Below the pieces are notes generated by a model. That model worked only from the letters and a program-made list of their open reading frames with translations, did not search any database and had not been told where the DNA came from. From the NCBI GenBank assembly GCA_016931575.1, contig JAFGEO010000146.1, positions 55,728 to 119,727 of the forward strand: a stretch of DNA of 64,000 nucleotides. The letters run 5' to 3'. A program made the translations under genes and the position numbers. This DNA comes from Bacteroidales bacterium (GTDB lineage: Bacteria; Bacteroidota; Bacteroidia; Bacteroidales; UBA10428). Shown here piece after piece: positions 1-9,542 of the stretch; positions within the stretch are counted from its first letter, which is position 1; each line of letters opens with the position of its first letter.

Positions 1-1
1 C

Positions 2-904
2 CTGATCGATGAATTCGGGCACCAGCTAAGCTTTGTCAGGGACCCGACAGAAAAACAGCTGCAGGAAGCAGATATCGTAATCCTGAGCGTGGGTACACGC
101 GATAAGGAAGCGGTCGACCGTCCTTTCGACTTGCCGGAAGATCAGGAAAAGCAGCTGCAGTTCTGTACTCAGAACAATGCGAATACCATCGTACTGGTGA
201 CCTCGGGCGGAGGCATCAACATGAGCCGGTGGGAAAAGGCCGGCACCATAATTTACACCTGGTATATGGGGCAGAATGGTGCTATCGCCGCTGCTGAAAT
301 ACTTAGCGGGAAAACCAACCCCTCCGGTAAGCTCCCCATCACGATTGAAAAGCAGTTTGAGGATTCACCTGCCTATGGGTATATTCCTGAAGGAGAGAAG
401 CTGTATGCCAATTTTAAGATGAGCGTCGAAAATAAAAGGCTTGTATATGATTTGCGGTACAGGGAAGGGATTTTTGTCGGCTACCGCTGGTACGAGTTTA
501 AGGATATTAAACCTTTATTTTGTTTCGGGCATGGTTTGAGTTATACTTCCTTTGAATATACGGGTCTCCGGCTTTCCAAAACACAGCTGTCAAAAGATGA
601 GCCCCTGGAAGTGAAATTCATGCTTCACAATAGTGGAGAGAGAGACGGAGCCGAGATCGTTCAGCTTTACATCACTGATAAGAAATGCTCATTGCAACGA
701 CCGGTCAAAGAGCTCAAAGGTTTTGAGCGGGTATTTCTGAAGCAGGGTGAGTCGAAGGAAGTGACCCTGCAGCTTGATCCGCAGGAATTTGCCTTCTGGG
801 ATCCTCAAACGAAAGGCTGGAAAGTTGAGAGCGGCAGCTTTGAGATCCGGGTCGGTGCCTCCAGCGAGGATATCCGGCTTCAGGAAACTGTGGAAGTGGA
901 GTAG
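2..904 (+). CDS. Glycoside hydrolase family 3 (beta-glucosidase-like), C-terminal part; 5' end lies outside the window
   Basis: Frame is open from base 2 (LIDEFGHQLSFVRDPT...). GH3_C motifs WYMGQNG and NPSGKLPIT, then YREGIFVGYRWY, FGHGLSYT and the Fn3-like tail RPVKELKGFERV. Confidence 0.93.
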   Translation: MIDEFGHQLSFVRDPTEKQLQEADIVILSVGTRDKEAVDRPFDLPEDQEKQLQFCTQNNANTIVLVTSGGGINMSRWEKAGTIIYTWYMGQNGAIAAAEILSGKTNPSGKLPITIEKQFEDSPAYGYIPEGEKLYANFKMSVENKRLVYDLRYREGIFVGYRWYEFKDIKPLFCFGHGLSYTSFEYTGLRLSKTQLSKDEPLEVKFMLHNSGERDGAEIVQLYITDKKCSLQRPVKELKGFERVFLKQGESKEVTLQLDPQEFAFWDPQTKGWKVESGSFEIRVGASSEDIRLQETVEVE

Positions 905-1011
905 GTTCCATAGGATCAATCGGGCCCACTGACAGTAGGGGCGAAACGAACTAATCCCGCTCTTCCATATTTCTCCGGATTTGCAGCTGCTGATGGCTGG
1001 GAGCCAGTTAA

Positions 1012-1950
1012 TTACTCCGAAAGTATAAATCCCAGGGTTATTTCCCCGATAAAGGTAAGTTTATAATCAGGAAGAAACCCTGCAATTCCGGGACCGAAAT
1101 AGATATTCCAATACCCCTTTCTCCCCAGGGTACGCTGAAAGCCTGTAACAAAGCCCAGAGACGTGTAAAGGTAGCCAACATAAATTGCACTGGCAGGCAC
1201 TCCAAGATAAAATCCGGAATAGTAATCAACCCGTTTCCCGAGGTCTGCACGCCTCTCCAGGTTCCTGTAGAAGCGTGGACATAGTGAAACCCCCGGTTGC
1301 AGGTATAAGGTGGAGCCGCTATAATTTGACCACTGATAGGAGAAACCCATCCAGGCACTTGCAACCATCACAGTGTTTTCTTTTAGCCTGGCTTCCCACT
1401 GAAAACCTGGTGGTAAAGCAGCAAACCGAAAAACGTATTTTGGTTGGCCGTCTGTATGAAGGGAATAATAGGGTTTCTTCCAGTCCGTTTGTTCAGTATT
1501 ATGATATATCCTGCTGTCATAGGTTGATCCGGTTATTTTTCTGACGGGTTTCGTTGCAAGCTCAATCTGATCAGGATCCGGGGACACACCTTCATCATTC
1601 GTCTTTATTACCGTAGTATCTGCCTTCCGGGTAAGCGGCAGTTCATCAGGCTCCACCTCCATTTCTTCCGGCACCTGAACTTCCTCCCCGACAAGCTCCC
1701 CTAGGATCACTTCTCTGCCTTTGTAGGTGTAAGAAGCAATTTTATCCCTTCCAACATAGGTTTCTACTTCCCGGTCAAAAGAGTAGACGGCTATTTCAAA
1801 TCTTGTGTTGTCAAAACTCAGTATCCGGCAATTAATTTCTTTGCCAGTTGTTTGTATAATAACATCCGGATAGTAGAGATTACTTTGTGCTTCGAGTGAA
1901 TAAAACAGGGAACTGGTTAACAGGAAGAGAAGGATGGGTAAATATTTCAT
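1012..1950 (-). CDS. Exported hypothetical protein with a probable C-terminal beta-barrel
   Basis: 312-aa ORF with an N-terminal signal peptide; amphipathic beta-strand-like C-terminus ending GEITLGFIL. Confidence 0.6.
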   Translation of the reverse strand: MKYLPILLFLLTSSLFYSLEAQSNLYYPDVIIQTTGKEINCRILSFDNTRFEIAVYSFDREVETYVGRDKIASYTYKGREVILGELVGEEVQVPEEMEVEPDELPLTRKADTTVIKTNDEGVSPDPDQIELATKPVRKITGSTYDSRIYHNTEQTDWKKPYYSLHTDGQPKYVFRFAALPPGFQWEARLKENTVMVASAWMGFSYQWSNYSGSTLYLQPGVSLCPRFYRNLERRADLGKRVDYYSGFYLGVPASAIYVGYLYTSLGFVTGFQRTLGRKGYWNIYFGPGIAGFLPDYKLTFIGEITLGFILSE

Positions 1951-2174
1951 ACAGACTGGGATTGATTTTGGCTACAAGTATACCCCACAAAGAATTGAAA
2001 GGTTACAGCGCAAAGCCAAAAAAGCAGGGGCAGGGTAAGCGTAATCCATAAGCTCTATTGCCAGGATTTTGAAAAGAAAGAGAGACACATGCCAGAAACC
2101 ACGGATCTCACAAAACTTTTTTCTTGAAGAATTGTTCTTCCTCTGAACCCAATTTTGTATTTTTCTGTTTAACC

Positions 2175-2753
2175 ATGACACTAACAGTAAGCCTCATCTA
2201 CGGATCCGTACGAAAGAACCGTCTGGGAATACAGGTGGCAAAATACCTGGAAGGAAAACTCAGCGAGCGGAATATCCGGGTACATTTTATTGATCCCCTG
2301 GAGTATCCCCTTCCGCTGCTTGATAAGATGTACAAGGATTATGAACCGGGAACGGCTCCGGCGTTGCTTGAAAGGCTGGCAAAACGTCTGGTATCGTCCG
2401 ATGGATTTCTGCTCGTCACCGGGGAGTACAACCATACCCTCCCCCCGGCACTGACCAATCTGCTTGATCATTTTCATGCCGAGTACCAGTATAAACCATC
2501 GGCTATCGCCTCCTATTCTGATGGTTCATTTGGGGGTGTAAGGGCTGCCGACCACCTCAGAATGCTGGCCGGGCAGTTGGGGATGCCGGCCATACCCTTC
2601 ATTCAGCCATTTCCTGAAATTGAAAGCCTGTTCGATGATAAGTTGAACCTGCAAAGTCAACGTATTGAAGCATCTACGCAAAAGTTCCTGGACCAATTCA
2701 TCTGGTACCTTGAGGCTTTCCGCAATCAACGCGAGCAGGGAACCCGCTCATAA
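2175..2753 (+). CDS. NAD(P)H-dependent FMN reductase (flavodoxin-like fold)
   Basis: GSVRKNRLG FMN loop, TGEYNHTLPPALTNLLD and YSDGSFGGVRA motifs. ATG at 2175 preferred over the upstream TTG. Confidence 0.9.
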   Translation: MTLTVSLIYGSVRKNRLGIQVAKYLEGKLSERNIRVHFIDPLEYPLPLLDKMYKDYEPGTAPALLERLAKRLVSSDGFLLVTGEYNHTLPPALTNLLDHFHAEYQYKPSAIASYSDGSFGGVRAADHLRMLAGQLGMPAIPFIQPFPEIESLFDDKLNLQSQRIEASTQKFLDQFIWYLEAFRNQREQGTRS

Positions 2754-2792
2754 AACCACCTTTCCCAATACGAATACTGAATGGTTCCGGTC

Positions 2793-4430
2793 CTATTCAA
2801 CCAGGAGCCGGGTGGTGTACGCCCCGTCCCGATTGATAACCCGCAGGAGGTAAAGCCCGGTGTCCAGCACCCCGGGAAACTGGTATATCTCGTTAACCTT
2901 TAGGAGATCCTGGCATACCAGTTGTCCCTTTGCAGTATAGATTGCCAGTTGTCCCCCTGCATACTTTTCTCCCGGATCGATAGAGAAGCTCCCGTTTGAA
3001 GGATTGGGGTATACCCTGATTCCCTGGTCGTCATGCAGGATTCCGGCATCCTCAATCACCAGGGGTGCCTTGATATACCATTGCTGGGTAAAATGCTCAT
3101 TGAAAGGCCACTGCTGGGCATTGGCGCCATCGTAGGTATAGGCATTGACAATTTCCAGTGCCTGGTAACTATTTCGGTTCATGATGCGGGAATAAGCCCC
3201 CATCCTGCCGATATACCATTGCTGGCCCGGTGCACCGGTATAGGATGAAACCTGAACATTCGCTCCATTGCTGACAGATCCTCCAGCCACCTCCAGGGCT
3301 TTCTCCGGATCATGCACCGGGGAGATCCTGTAGTAGTGGTTATCGAGGTATTCGAAGGTCCATTGCTGGTGATCGAGTCCGGCTTCTGAAGCCAGCGCTA
3401 CATTGGCTCCCTCATCCGTCCCGGCACCTTCCACCTCGATGATCTTGTTGCTGTGCCGGTTTTTCATGACGTAGGGGCCCTGTTCAATCTTACCGGTGGG
3501 CTCGTATTCTGCAACAGGCCAGCCATCGACCCACCTGAGTTTTGAGACTTTCAGGTAGGATGCCCCTCCGGCAGCACCATGATAGTAATGATAGCTCAGA
3601 AGGGTGTCCAGCAGGCCAAAATGTCCGGGGCCCAGGTAATTTCCATCCGAGTGTAAAAAAGAAGTTCCGCCACCCAGGTTGCAATCGATGCTGTCTTTAT
3701 CATAAAAGGGACCTGTTGGATTGGCCGAGCGGCCCATAAATATCTGGTACGTGGAATTGATCCCGCTGCAACAGCTTCCCCGGTTAAAAAAGAGGTAATA
3801 CAAGCCATCGTGTTCAGCCAGGTGACCGGCCTCGCACCGATTGTTGGCAACATGGGTAATGTTGGTGGCTTCAAGGGGTTTTCCGGTTAACGAATCGAGC
3901 TCCGTCATCACGATCCCATCCCACCAGGAACCATAGAGCATCCATACTTTCCCGTCGTTATCCTTGAAAATATCTGCATCAATGGCATTTACCGGCCAGG
4001 TATCATCTGAATAAGTGACCATTCCCTGGTCCTCCCAGTTTCCACTGCCCAGGGAATCGGTTGTAGCCAGGCCAATGGCCGAGTTTTGCGACCCGAAGCT
4101 TGAGCAGGAATAGTAGATATGCCATTTCCCGTTCATATAGGCAATCGCCGGGGCCCAGAAATTGCCCCCGAAACCGTCAACATAGGTATTGATCCACGCA
4201 GGCCAGGTGCCAACCGGAAAAACGGGATCTTCCTCCCTCCAATTGCTGAAACCGGCATTTGTCGCCGACATGACCCAGATACCATTCCCGGTGTTGAACG
4301 ACCAGTACCTGTCTCCTTCCTTCACCAACTCTGTCGGGTCGTGGGAAGGCTGGGCTTTTAGTTGAAACCAGATGACTTGCAGCGAAATCATCATGAGGGT
4401 GATAATGCCAATCAGTTGTATACGCTTCAT
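2793..4430 (-). CDS. GH43 endo-arabinanase-like enzyme with ricin-type CBM13 and T9SS C-terminal sorting domain
   Basis: HDPT, WAP, NAIDA, YGSWWDGI and GPGH GH43 motifs; QQW ricin repeats; VYPNPS...GLYLLRV T9SS tail; signal peptide. Confidence 0.9.
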   Translation of the reverse strand: MKRIQLIGIITLMMISLQVIWFQLKAQPSHDPTELVKEGDRYWSFNTGNGIWVMSATNAGFSNWREEDPVFPVGTWPAWINTYVDGFGGNFWAPAIAYMNGKWHIYYSCSSFGSQNSAIGLATTDSLGSGNWEDQGMVTYSDDTWPVNAIDADIFKDNDGKVWMLYGSWWDGIVMTELDSLTGKPLEATNITHVANNRCEAGHLAEHDGLYYLFFNRGSCCSGINSTYQIFMGRSANPTGPFYDKDSIDCNLGGGTSFLHSDGNYLGPGHFGLLDTLLSYHYYHGAAGGASYLKVSKLRWVDGWPVAEYEPTGKIEQGPYVMKNRHSNKIIEVEGAGTDEGANVALASEAGLDHQQWTFEYLDNHYYRISPVHDPEKALEVAGGSVSNGANVQVSSYTGAPGQQWYIGRMGAYSRIMNRNSYQALEIVNAYTYDGANAQQWPFNEHFTQQWYIKAPLVIEDAGILHDDQGIRVYPNPSNGSFSIDPGEKYAGGQLAIYTAKGQLVCQDLLKVNEIYQFPGVLDTGLYLLRVINRDGAYTTRLLVE

Positions 4431-4568
4431 ATCAATCACAATTTACGATAAACTGCCGACAAGATAGCTAAACCCTGCTTCCTGCATGTGCAGCATTGTG
4501 TCAGGATGGTGGAGCGATGTGTAATTTTGCCATCTCCTTTCGGATAGCTTTGGAACCCGGGAATTCAT

Positions 4569-4612
4569 AAAAAAGCCGGAGGACATTCAGCAGATCATGA
4601 AGGTTCTCCGGC
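4569..4612 (-). terminator. Probable intrinsic terminator downstream of the ferredoxin gene
   Basis: GCCGGAGG...TTCTCCGGC stem next to an A6 run (U-tract on the minus strand). Confidence 0.55.
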
Positions 4613-4676
4613 AATTCTCTACCCTACGGGAAATGCAAGGCTGAGCCATAAAAAACCACTAAGTTACCTATTTCTA

Positions 4677-4868
4677 TTACTCCTCGTATTTAATAATTTC
4701 GACCGGGCAGCTATCCGCAGCTTCGCGGATATCCTCCTCGTTGGCTTCAAGGTCCGCATCATTTTTTACCATTGCCTCATCGGGCATTTCAAATACATTC
4801 GGACAAATCTCTTCACACATTCCGCATGAAGTACATCCCTCTTCGATCCATACTTTTTTTATTGCCAT
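4677..4868 (-). CDS. Small single-cluster [4Fe-4S]/[3Fe-4S] ferredoxin
   Basis: CTSCGMCEEICP...AADSCPVEII cysteine pattern; 63 aa; directly downstream of hcp. Confidence 0.93.
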   Translation of the reverse strand: MAIKKVWIEEGCTSCGMCEEICPNVFEMPDEAMVKNDADLEANEEDIREAADSCPVEIIKYEE

Positions 4869-4987
4869 CGTTCTACTTTAATATCTATTCACTGTGAGTC
4901 TTTCAGCGAAGACCAGAATACGGGCAGTCACCACGGTGAAAAGACGTGGTGACTGCCACCTGCCCTTAAGCAGGGCAGTAGTAAGTT

Positions 4988-6634
4988 CTATGCCACATGA
5001 AGGGCCACATCTTCTTCGACCTTACCAATGCCTGCAATCCCGAAGTTCTCGACCAGCACCCTGGCTACATTGGGCGATAAAAAGGCTGGCAGCGTTGGCC
5101 CGAGATGGATATTCTTCACCCCCAGGTATAGCAGGGCCAGTAAAACGATCACCGCCTTCTGTTCATACCATGCGATATTGTAGGCAATGGGTAACTCATT
5201 GATATCGTTAAGTTCAAACACTTCCTTTAGCTTCAGGGCGATCACAGCCAGGGAATAGGAATCGTTACACTGACCGGCATCCAGCACACGGGGTATCCCC
5301 CCGATATCGCCGAGTGGCAGTTTGTTGTACCTGTACTTGGCGCATCCTGCGGTAAGAATTACCGTATCCTGCGGGAGTTTTTCGGCGAACTCAGTATAGT
5401 ATTCACGACCCTTCATGCGCCCGTCGCATCCGGCCATTACCAGGAATTTCTTAATAGCGCCTGATTTGACTGCATCGACCACCTTATCTGCCAGCTGAAG
5501 CACCTGGTTGTGAGCAAAGCCGCCAATGATCTCTCCGGTTTCGATTTCCGTTGGGGCCGGCAAACGTTTTGCATGTTCAATAATCTCTGAGAAATCTTTT
5601 GGTTTACCATCTGTTCGGTCGGGTATGTGCGTGCATCCCTCAAAACCGGATGCCCCGGTGGTATATACCCTGTCTTTATAGCTTTCCCTTGGCGGAACGA
5701 TACAATTGGTGGTAAAAAGGACCGGACCGTTGAAGCTCTCAAACTCCTCCTTCTGCTTCCACCATGCATTGCCGTAGTTGCCGACAAAGTGCTCATATTT
5801 CTTAAAAGCAGGGTAATAGTGTGCCGGCAGCATCTCACTATGGGTGTAGACGTCTACCCCGGTACCATCCGTTTGCTTCAGCAGCTCTTCCATATCCTTA
5901 AGATCGTGTCCGCTGATCAGGATCGCAGGATTGCTCCGAACACCGATATTCACTTTTGTCATTTCAGGATGTCCGTAAGAATCAGTATTTGCCTTGTCCA
6001 GCAGTGCCATCACGTTCACCCCGTACTCTCCACACTCCAGGGTCAGACTAACAAGCTCATCCACACTGATATCGGTACGTGTGGTGGCAACCAGGGCCTT
6101 GTGCATGAAAGCATATACCTTCTTATCGGTATATCCCAGGTTAAAGGCATGCTCAGCATAGGCAGCCATCCCTTTCACGCCGTAGGTCAGCAGCTCTTTC
6201 AGGGAGCGGATATCTTCATTGGACTCGTTCAGGATACTCACCAGCAGACTTTTATTGGTGATTGCCTGCTGGTCGGATGCTGACCATATTGCCGGATCCG
6301 GGGCACCCTCTGGTATGGCAATTCCGTTATCAACCAACGCAGATCTCAGGTTTTCCCTAACCGCAATCCCCTCCCTGATCTTGTTTGAGATCTTTTTATC
6401 ATCAAAGTTGGCGTTGGTAATGGTCATAAACAGTGCTTCAAAGACAAATTGGTCAGCCGCTGCTGCGGGGATTGAGTGCTTTTCAGCCAAAACAGCCTAC
6501 CAGGAAACTCCTTTGGAAACATAAACCAGCAGGTCCTGCAGGTTTGAAGTAGTATCCTGCTTTCCACATACTCCGATTTTTGTACATCCGGTACCCTTAG
6601 CAGCCTCCTGGCATTGAAAACAAAACATGCTCAT
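4988..6634 (-). CDS. hcp: Hybrid cluster protein / hydroxylamine reductase, 548 codons, with one in-frame TAG at codon 46 (6497-6499); possible pseudogene
   Basis: N-terminus [25 protein letters not shown] (Hcp cubane cysteines) is in frame with the 500-aa ORF containing [33 protein letters not shown] and WYEQKA. Confidence 0.93.
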
Positions 6635-6701
6635 AATTTTGTGTTATTAAATTAACATTAGAATTCAGTACTGCAAAGGAAGTTTAAAAAGCAAGTATTT
6701 T

Positions 6702-6719
6702 TTGTAACATATGTTACAA
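6702..6719. promoter_or_regulatory. Perfect palindrome TTGTAACATATGTTACAA upstream of hcp; likely HcpR (CRP/FNR-family) site
   Basis: 18-bp perfect inverted repeat about 70 bp upstream of the hcp ATG and about 20 bp upstream of a TTCCTTTG (-7-like) element on the minus strand. Confidence 0.75.
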
Positions 6720-6912
6720 TGGATGTAGTTTTCCGATATTTTTTCCTTGGGATAATGCAGAAGGGGATTTACATGCTTTCGGGAGGCTTAGCCATTGGCA
6801 CGAGATCATACTGCATCAGGAAATGATCACGACTATGCATAAGAGAACAACTGCCTGATCCTTAAGGTATTTTAAGCCAGACAGGCTTATTGGGACCATC
6901 CTCCGCCAGAAA

Positions 6913-7554
6913 CTACAGCTTATAACCCAGCATCAAATGAACCCCTGAAAACGCATAATAGGCATAAAAATTGGTGCTAAGGCCTGGGACTTCGTAGTCA
7001 AGGTCCAGGTAAAGATCATTCATGAGTGAGGCATTGTACTGAACACCAACAGAAAAGTCAGAAAATTCCCAGCTGCATCCGGCATGAAAATCAAGGTTTG
7101 CCTCGGAGATATCCTCATCTCCATCTGAGTAATCGGAATACATGGGGATGCTGCTGACAAAATTTTCGATATGCATTTCATCATTTAGCATGATATCTAC
7201 TCCCACTCCGGCATAGACCCTGAGTCCTGAAAAAAAGATCCTGCCGAATGATAGCGGAAGTATGATTCTATGAATGGCACTAGCCTCCTGTTCAGTTGAA
7301 GAATTGTACACCACCAGGTTCCCCTTGTTCAGGTATGAAGGGGTAAACTGTACATAGTACTTTGAGAAATCGTACCGGACAAACAGACCTCCAGTATAAC
7401 CTGCTTTTGATTTAACATCAAACTCAACAATCCTCTCGGAATCAAGCCTAACAAATCCAGGTCCTGCTCCAACATTGAGTCCTGCAGAAATCTGTGAGTA
7501 GCAAGTACTTGAAAAAGTCAGTACGAGGATGAGCAAAATGGCTGTTTTTTTCAT
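6913..7554 (-). CDS. Outer-membrane beta-barrel protein (PorT/OMP_b-brl-like)
   Basis: Signal peptide MKKTAILL; Gly/aromatic beta-strand pattern; C-terminal LGYKL. Confidence 0.75.
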   Translation of the reverse strand: MKKTAILLILVLTFSSTCYSQISAGLNVGAGPGFVRLDSERIVEFDVKSKAGYTGGLFVRYDFSKYYVQFTPSYLNKGNLVVYNSSTEQEASAIHRIILPLSFGRIFFSGLRVYAGVGVDIMLNDEMHIENFVSSIPMYSDYSDGDEDISEANLDFHAGCSWEFSDFSVGVQYNASLMNDLYLDLDYEVPGLSTNFYAYYAFSGVHLMLGYKL

Positions 7555-7753
7555 CGTGCAGGTATAGGTTGTTAAAATTTTTCGAATAGGCTGAACTTCT
7601 CTAAAAATACAAAAAAACTCGTTCCCGGACAAGCATCTGCCCTAACATATTGGTGAAGCAGAATGTCGGATCCCGGTAATAGCTTCTGATTTTGTTGAGA
7701 ATTGCCCCGATCAGCCAGCAGGAATAATCCTATCCTTGCATAAAAACCATTTC

Positions 7754-8116
7754 ATGCAAAAAGTCCTCCTCTCCTTACTCTTCCTTTTCATCGGGCTAAG
7801 CAGTAAATTTTCACAGTACACCTTTGAAAAGGGTTATATCATCACACTTGAACAGGATACCGTACATGGCCTGGCCGGGTCAGGAAATACCAAAACCAAT
7901 GCACAGATCTGCATCTTCAAAACAGAAGAGAAGGCACAGCCCGAAAAGTATACTCCGGGTGAAATCCTGGCTTACAACATAAACGACAGGAAGCATTATG
8001 TCAGTAAGCTTGTGAAGGAAGGGAAAGATGAATCAGAAATGTTCCTGGAGTACCTGATGGACGGAAGCATTGACCTCTACTTTTACACCAACGACCTGAA
8101 CTGCAAGTCAGAATAG
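7754..8116 (+). pseudogene. N-terminal fragment of a Bacteroidota exported/outer-membrane protein
   Basis: Signal peptide and a GYIITLEQDTVHG...FLEYLMDGSIDLYFY N-domain of a type that usually precedes a barrel domain; the ORF stops after about 120 aa. Confidence 0.5.
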
Positions 8117-8151
8117 GCAAAAGAAATAAGGTGATAATATTGTATGCCAGG

Positions 8152-8673
8152 TTATTTACCGGCAGGATTCCTTCTGCCGAATTGCCAGTGTAACCTGACC
8201 GGCAGATCGAAGTAGGTGTATAAGTTACTGTATTCCCGGTAGGATGGCTGGACTGTACATCGCAGTCCTATTGAGATTTTAAGCCTTGGCATGCTATCCC
8301 CGAAAAGAGTGTAGGTATAATAAACTCCCCCCCCGGTAACATATCCGTTTTGCTGCTCATAGAGAGCCGGTCCGTTGACCAGTTCCAGTTCCATCTGGTG
8401 TTTCTCTCCAAACCTGACACCCAGCGGCAACAGGATCTGATTTCCCCATCCTGTGTAACCGAATTCAAATCCTCCCCTGGCCTTAAGTTTAGGAGAAAAA
8501 ACATGCAGGTAATCCACCTCCAGACCCAAACCATTCCCTCCGAAATCAAATCCGGCGCTATGAGCCAGTCCGACCGGTACATTCAGCCCGGCTTCAACAA
8601 ACTGTCCACGGACGGGAAAAAGGGCAAAGGTCCCAAGAATAAAAAGCAATATTAACGGTTTATTGCAGCTCAT
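8152..8673 (-). CDS. Small exported beta-barrel-like hypothetical protein
   Basis: Signal peptide, amphipathic strands, C-terminal LHWQF; its start overlaps the stop of the upstream hydrolase gene. Confidence 0.6.
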   Translation of the reverse strand: MSCNKPLILLFILGTFALFPVRGQFVEAGLNVPVGLAHSAGFDFGGNGLGLEVDYLHVFSPKLKARGGFEFGYTGWGNQILLPLGVRFGEKHQMELELVNGPALYEQQNGYVTGGGVYYTYTLFGDSMPRLKISIGLRCTVQPSYREYSNLYTYFDLPVRLHWQFGRRNPAGK

Positions 8674-9370
8674 TCTGAATGAAAAAGTTTTGCATAAGAT
8701 CTACTAACTGTGACTCCTGTTCTTCCTGGCTGATGGTTGCAGTCCCGTCTCCCTCTTGGGGGCCGTATTTGCCAAAGCCGGCATGGTTTCCACCTGCGAT
8801 GGTCGTATAGATGGTTTCCTGTGGAAGGCGGGGCTTTCCTGCTTCAAAATTTTCCCAATCCAGCACCTGGTCTTCCGAAGCGGTTATCGACAGTACCGGT
8901 TGCTCCCAGGTGCTCAAATCGACGGATTCTGCAGGGTAGGCAGCAAACAATATCATCCCCCTGAACAGGTTAACATCCTCAGCAACCATAGAGCAGCCCA
9001 TAGCACCGCCAAGGCTGTGCCCGGCAATTACCCAGTCTCGTTCGTCCTGATCCGCCAAAACTCTTTGTGCAGCTTTTAGATCCAACACCGCCAGGTTAGC
9101 CGGCATTTTAAGAATAAGAACCCTGTGGCCGTTACCACTCGCGGCAAAAGCAGCACAAAGGCTGATATAAGCGTGAGGATCGACGAGTCCCCCGGGATAA
9201 TATAATAATCCTGCTGAAGCCGGATCAGATCCTCCCACAGGATCGATGGAGATAAATTCCCTGGTTTCAGTAATCTCAACACCCACAGGCTCCTCAGACG
9301 ATTCAGGGAGGTAGGTGCACCCCATCGGGAGCACGCAACAGAGAAGAAGTTTGAGTATCTTCTTTTGCAT
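8660..9370 (-). CDS. Alpha/beta-hydrolase lipoprotein (Abhydrolase_5-like)
   Basis: YPGGLVDPHAY, GHSLGG nucleophile elbow, GGNHAGFGKYGPQEGD; lipobox-like LPMGC. Confidence 0.88.
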   Translation of the reverse strand: MQKKILKLLLCCVLPMGCTYLPESSEEPVGVEITETREFISIDPVGGSDPASAGLLYYPGGLVDPHAYISLCAAFAASGNGHRVLILKMPANLAVLDLKAAQRVLADQDERDWVIAGHSLGGAMGCSMVAEDVNLFRGMILFAAYPAESVDLSTWEQPVLSITASEDQVLDWENFEAGKPRLPQETIYTTIAGGNHAGFGKYGPQEGDGTATISQEEQESQLVDLMQNFFIQNELQ

Positions 9371-9542
9371 AAGTTAAAAAAGGCAATGTTTTAAATGGTC
9401 AAACAAAGTTAATCATTCCCGAAAATGTAAAAGGTAATATAATGAAGTTATAAGTCGTTAAAACCTGCGTATTCTTATGACATGATTATGCCCTGAAGTA
9501 TTTTTTATTTACTTTTAGCCTTCAAAAATAGCGCTGGTTCGC

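Noticed and set aside
935-960. GTAGGGGCG start resembling a GTAG-family REP
   Set aside because: No complete inverted arm; too short to support.
5627-6283. 218-aa + strand ORF and similar long shadow ORFs (30776..31423, 45055..45573, 57007..57870)
   Set aside because: Antisense to well-supported genes and lacking recognisable motifs.
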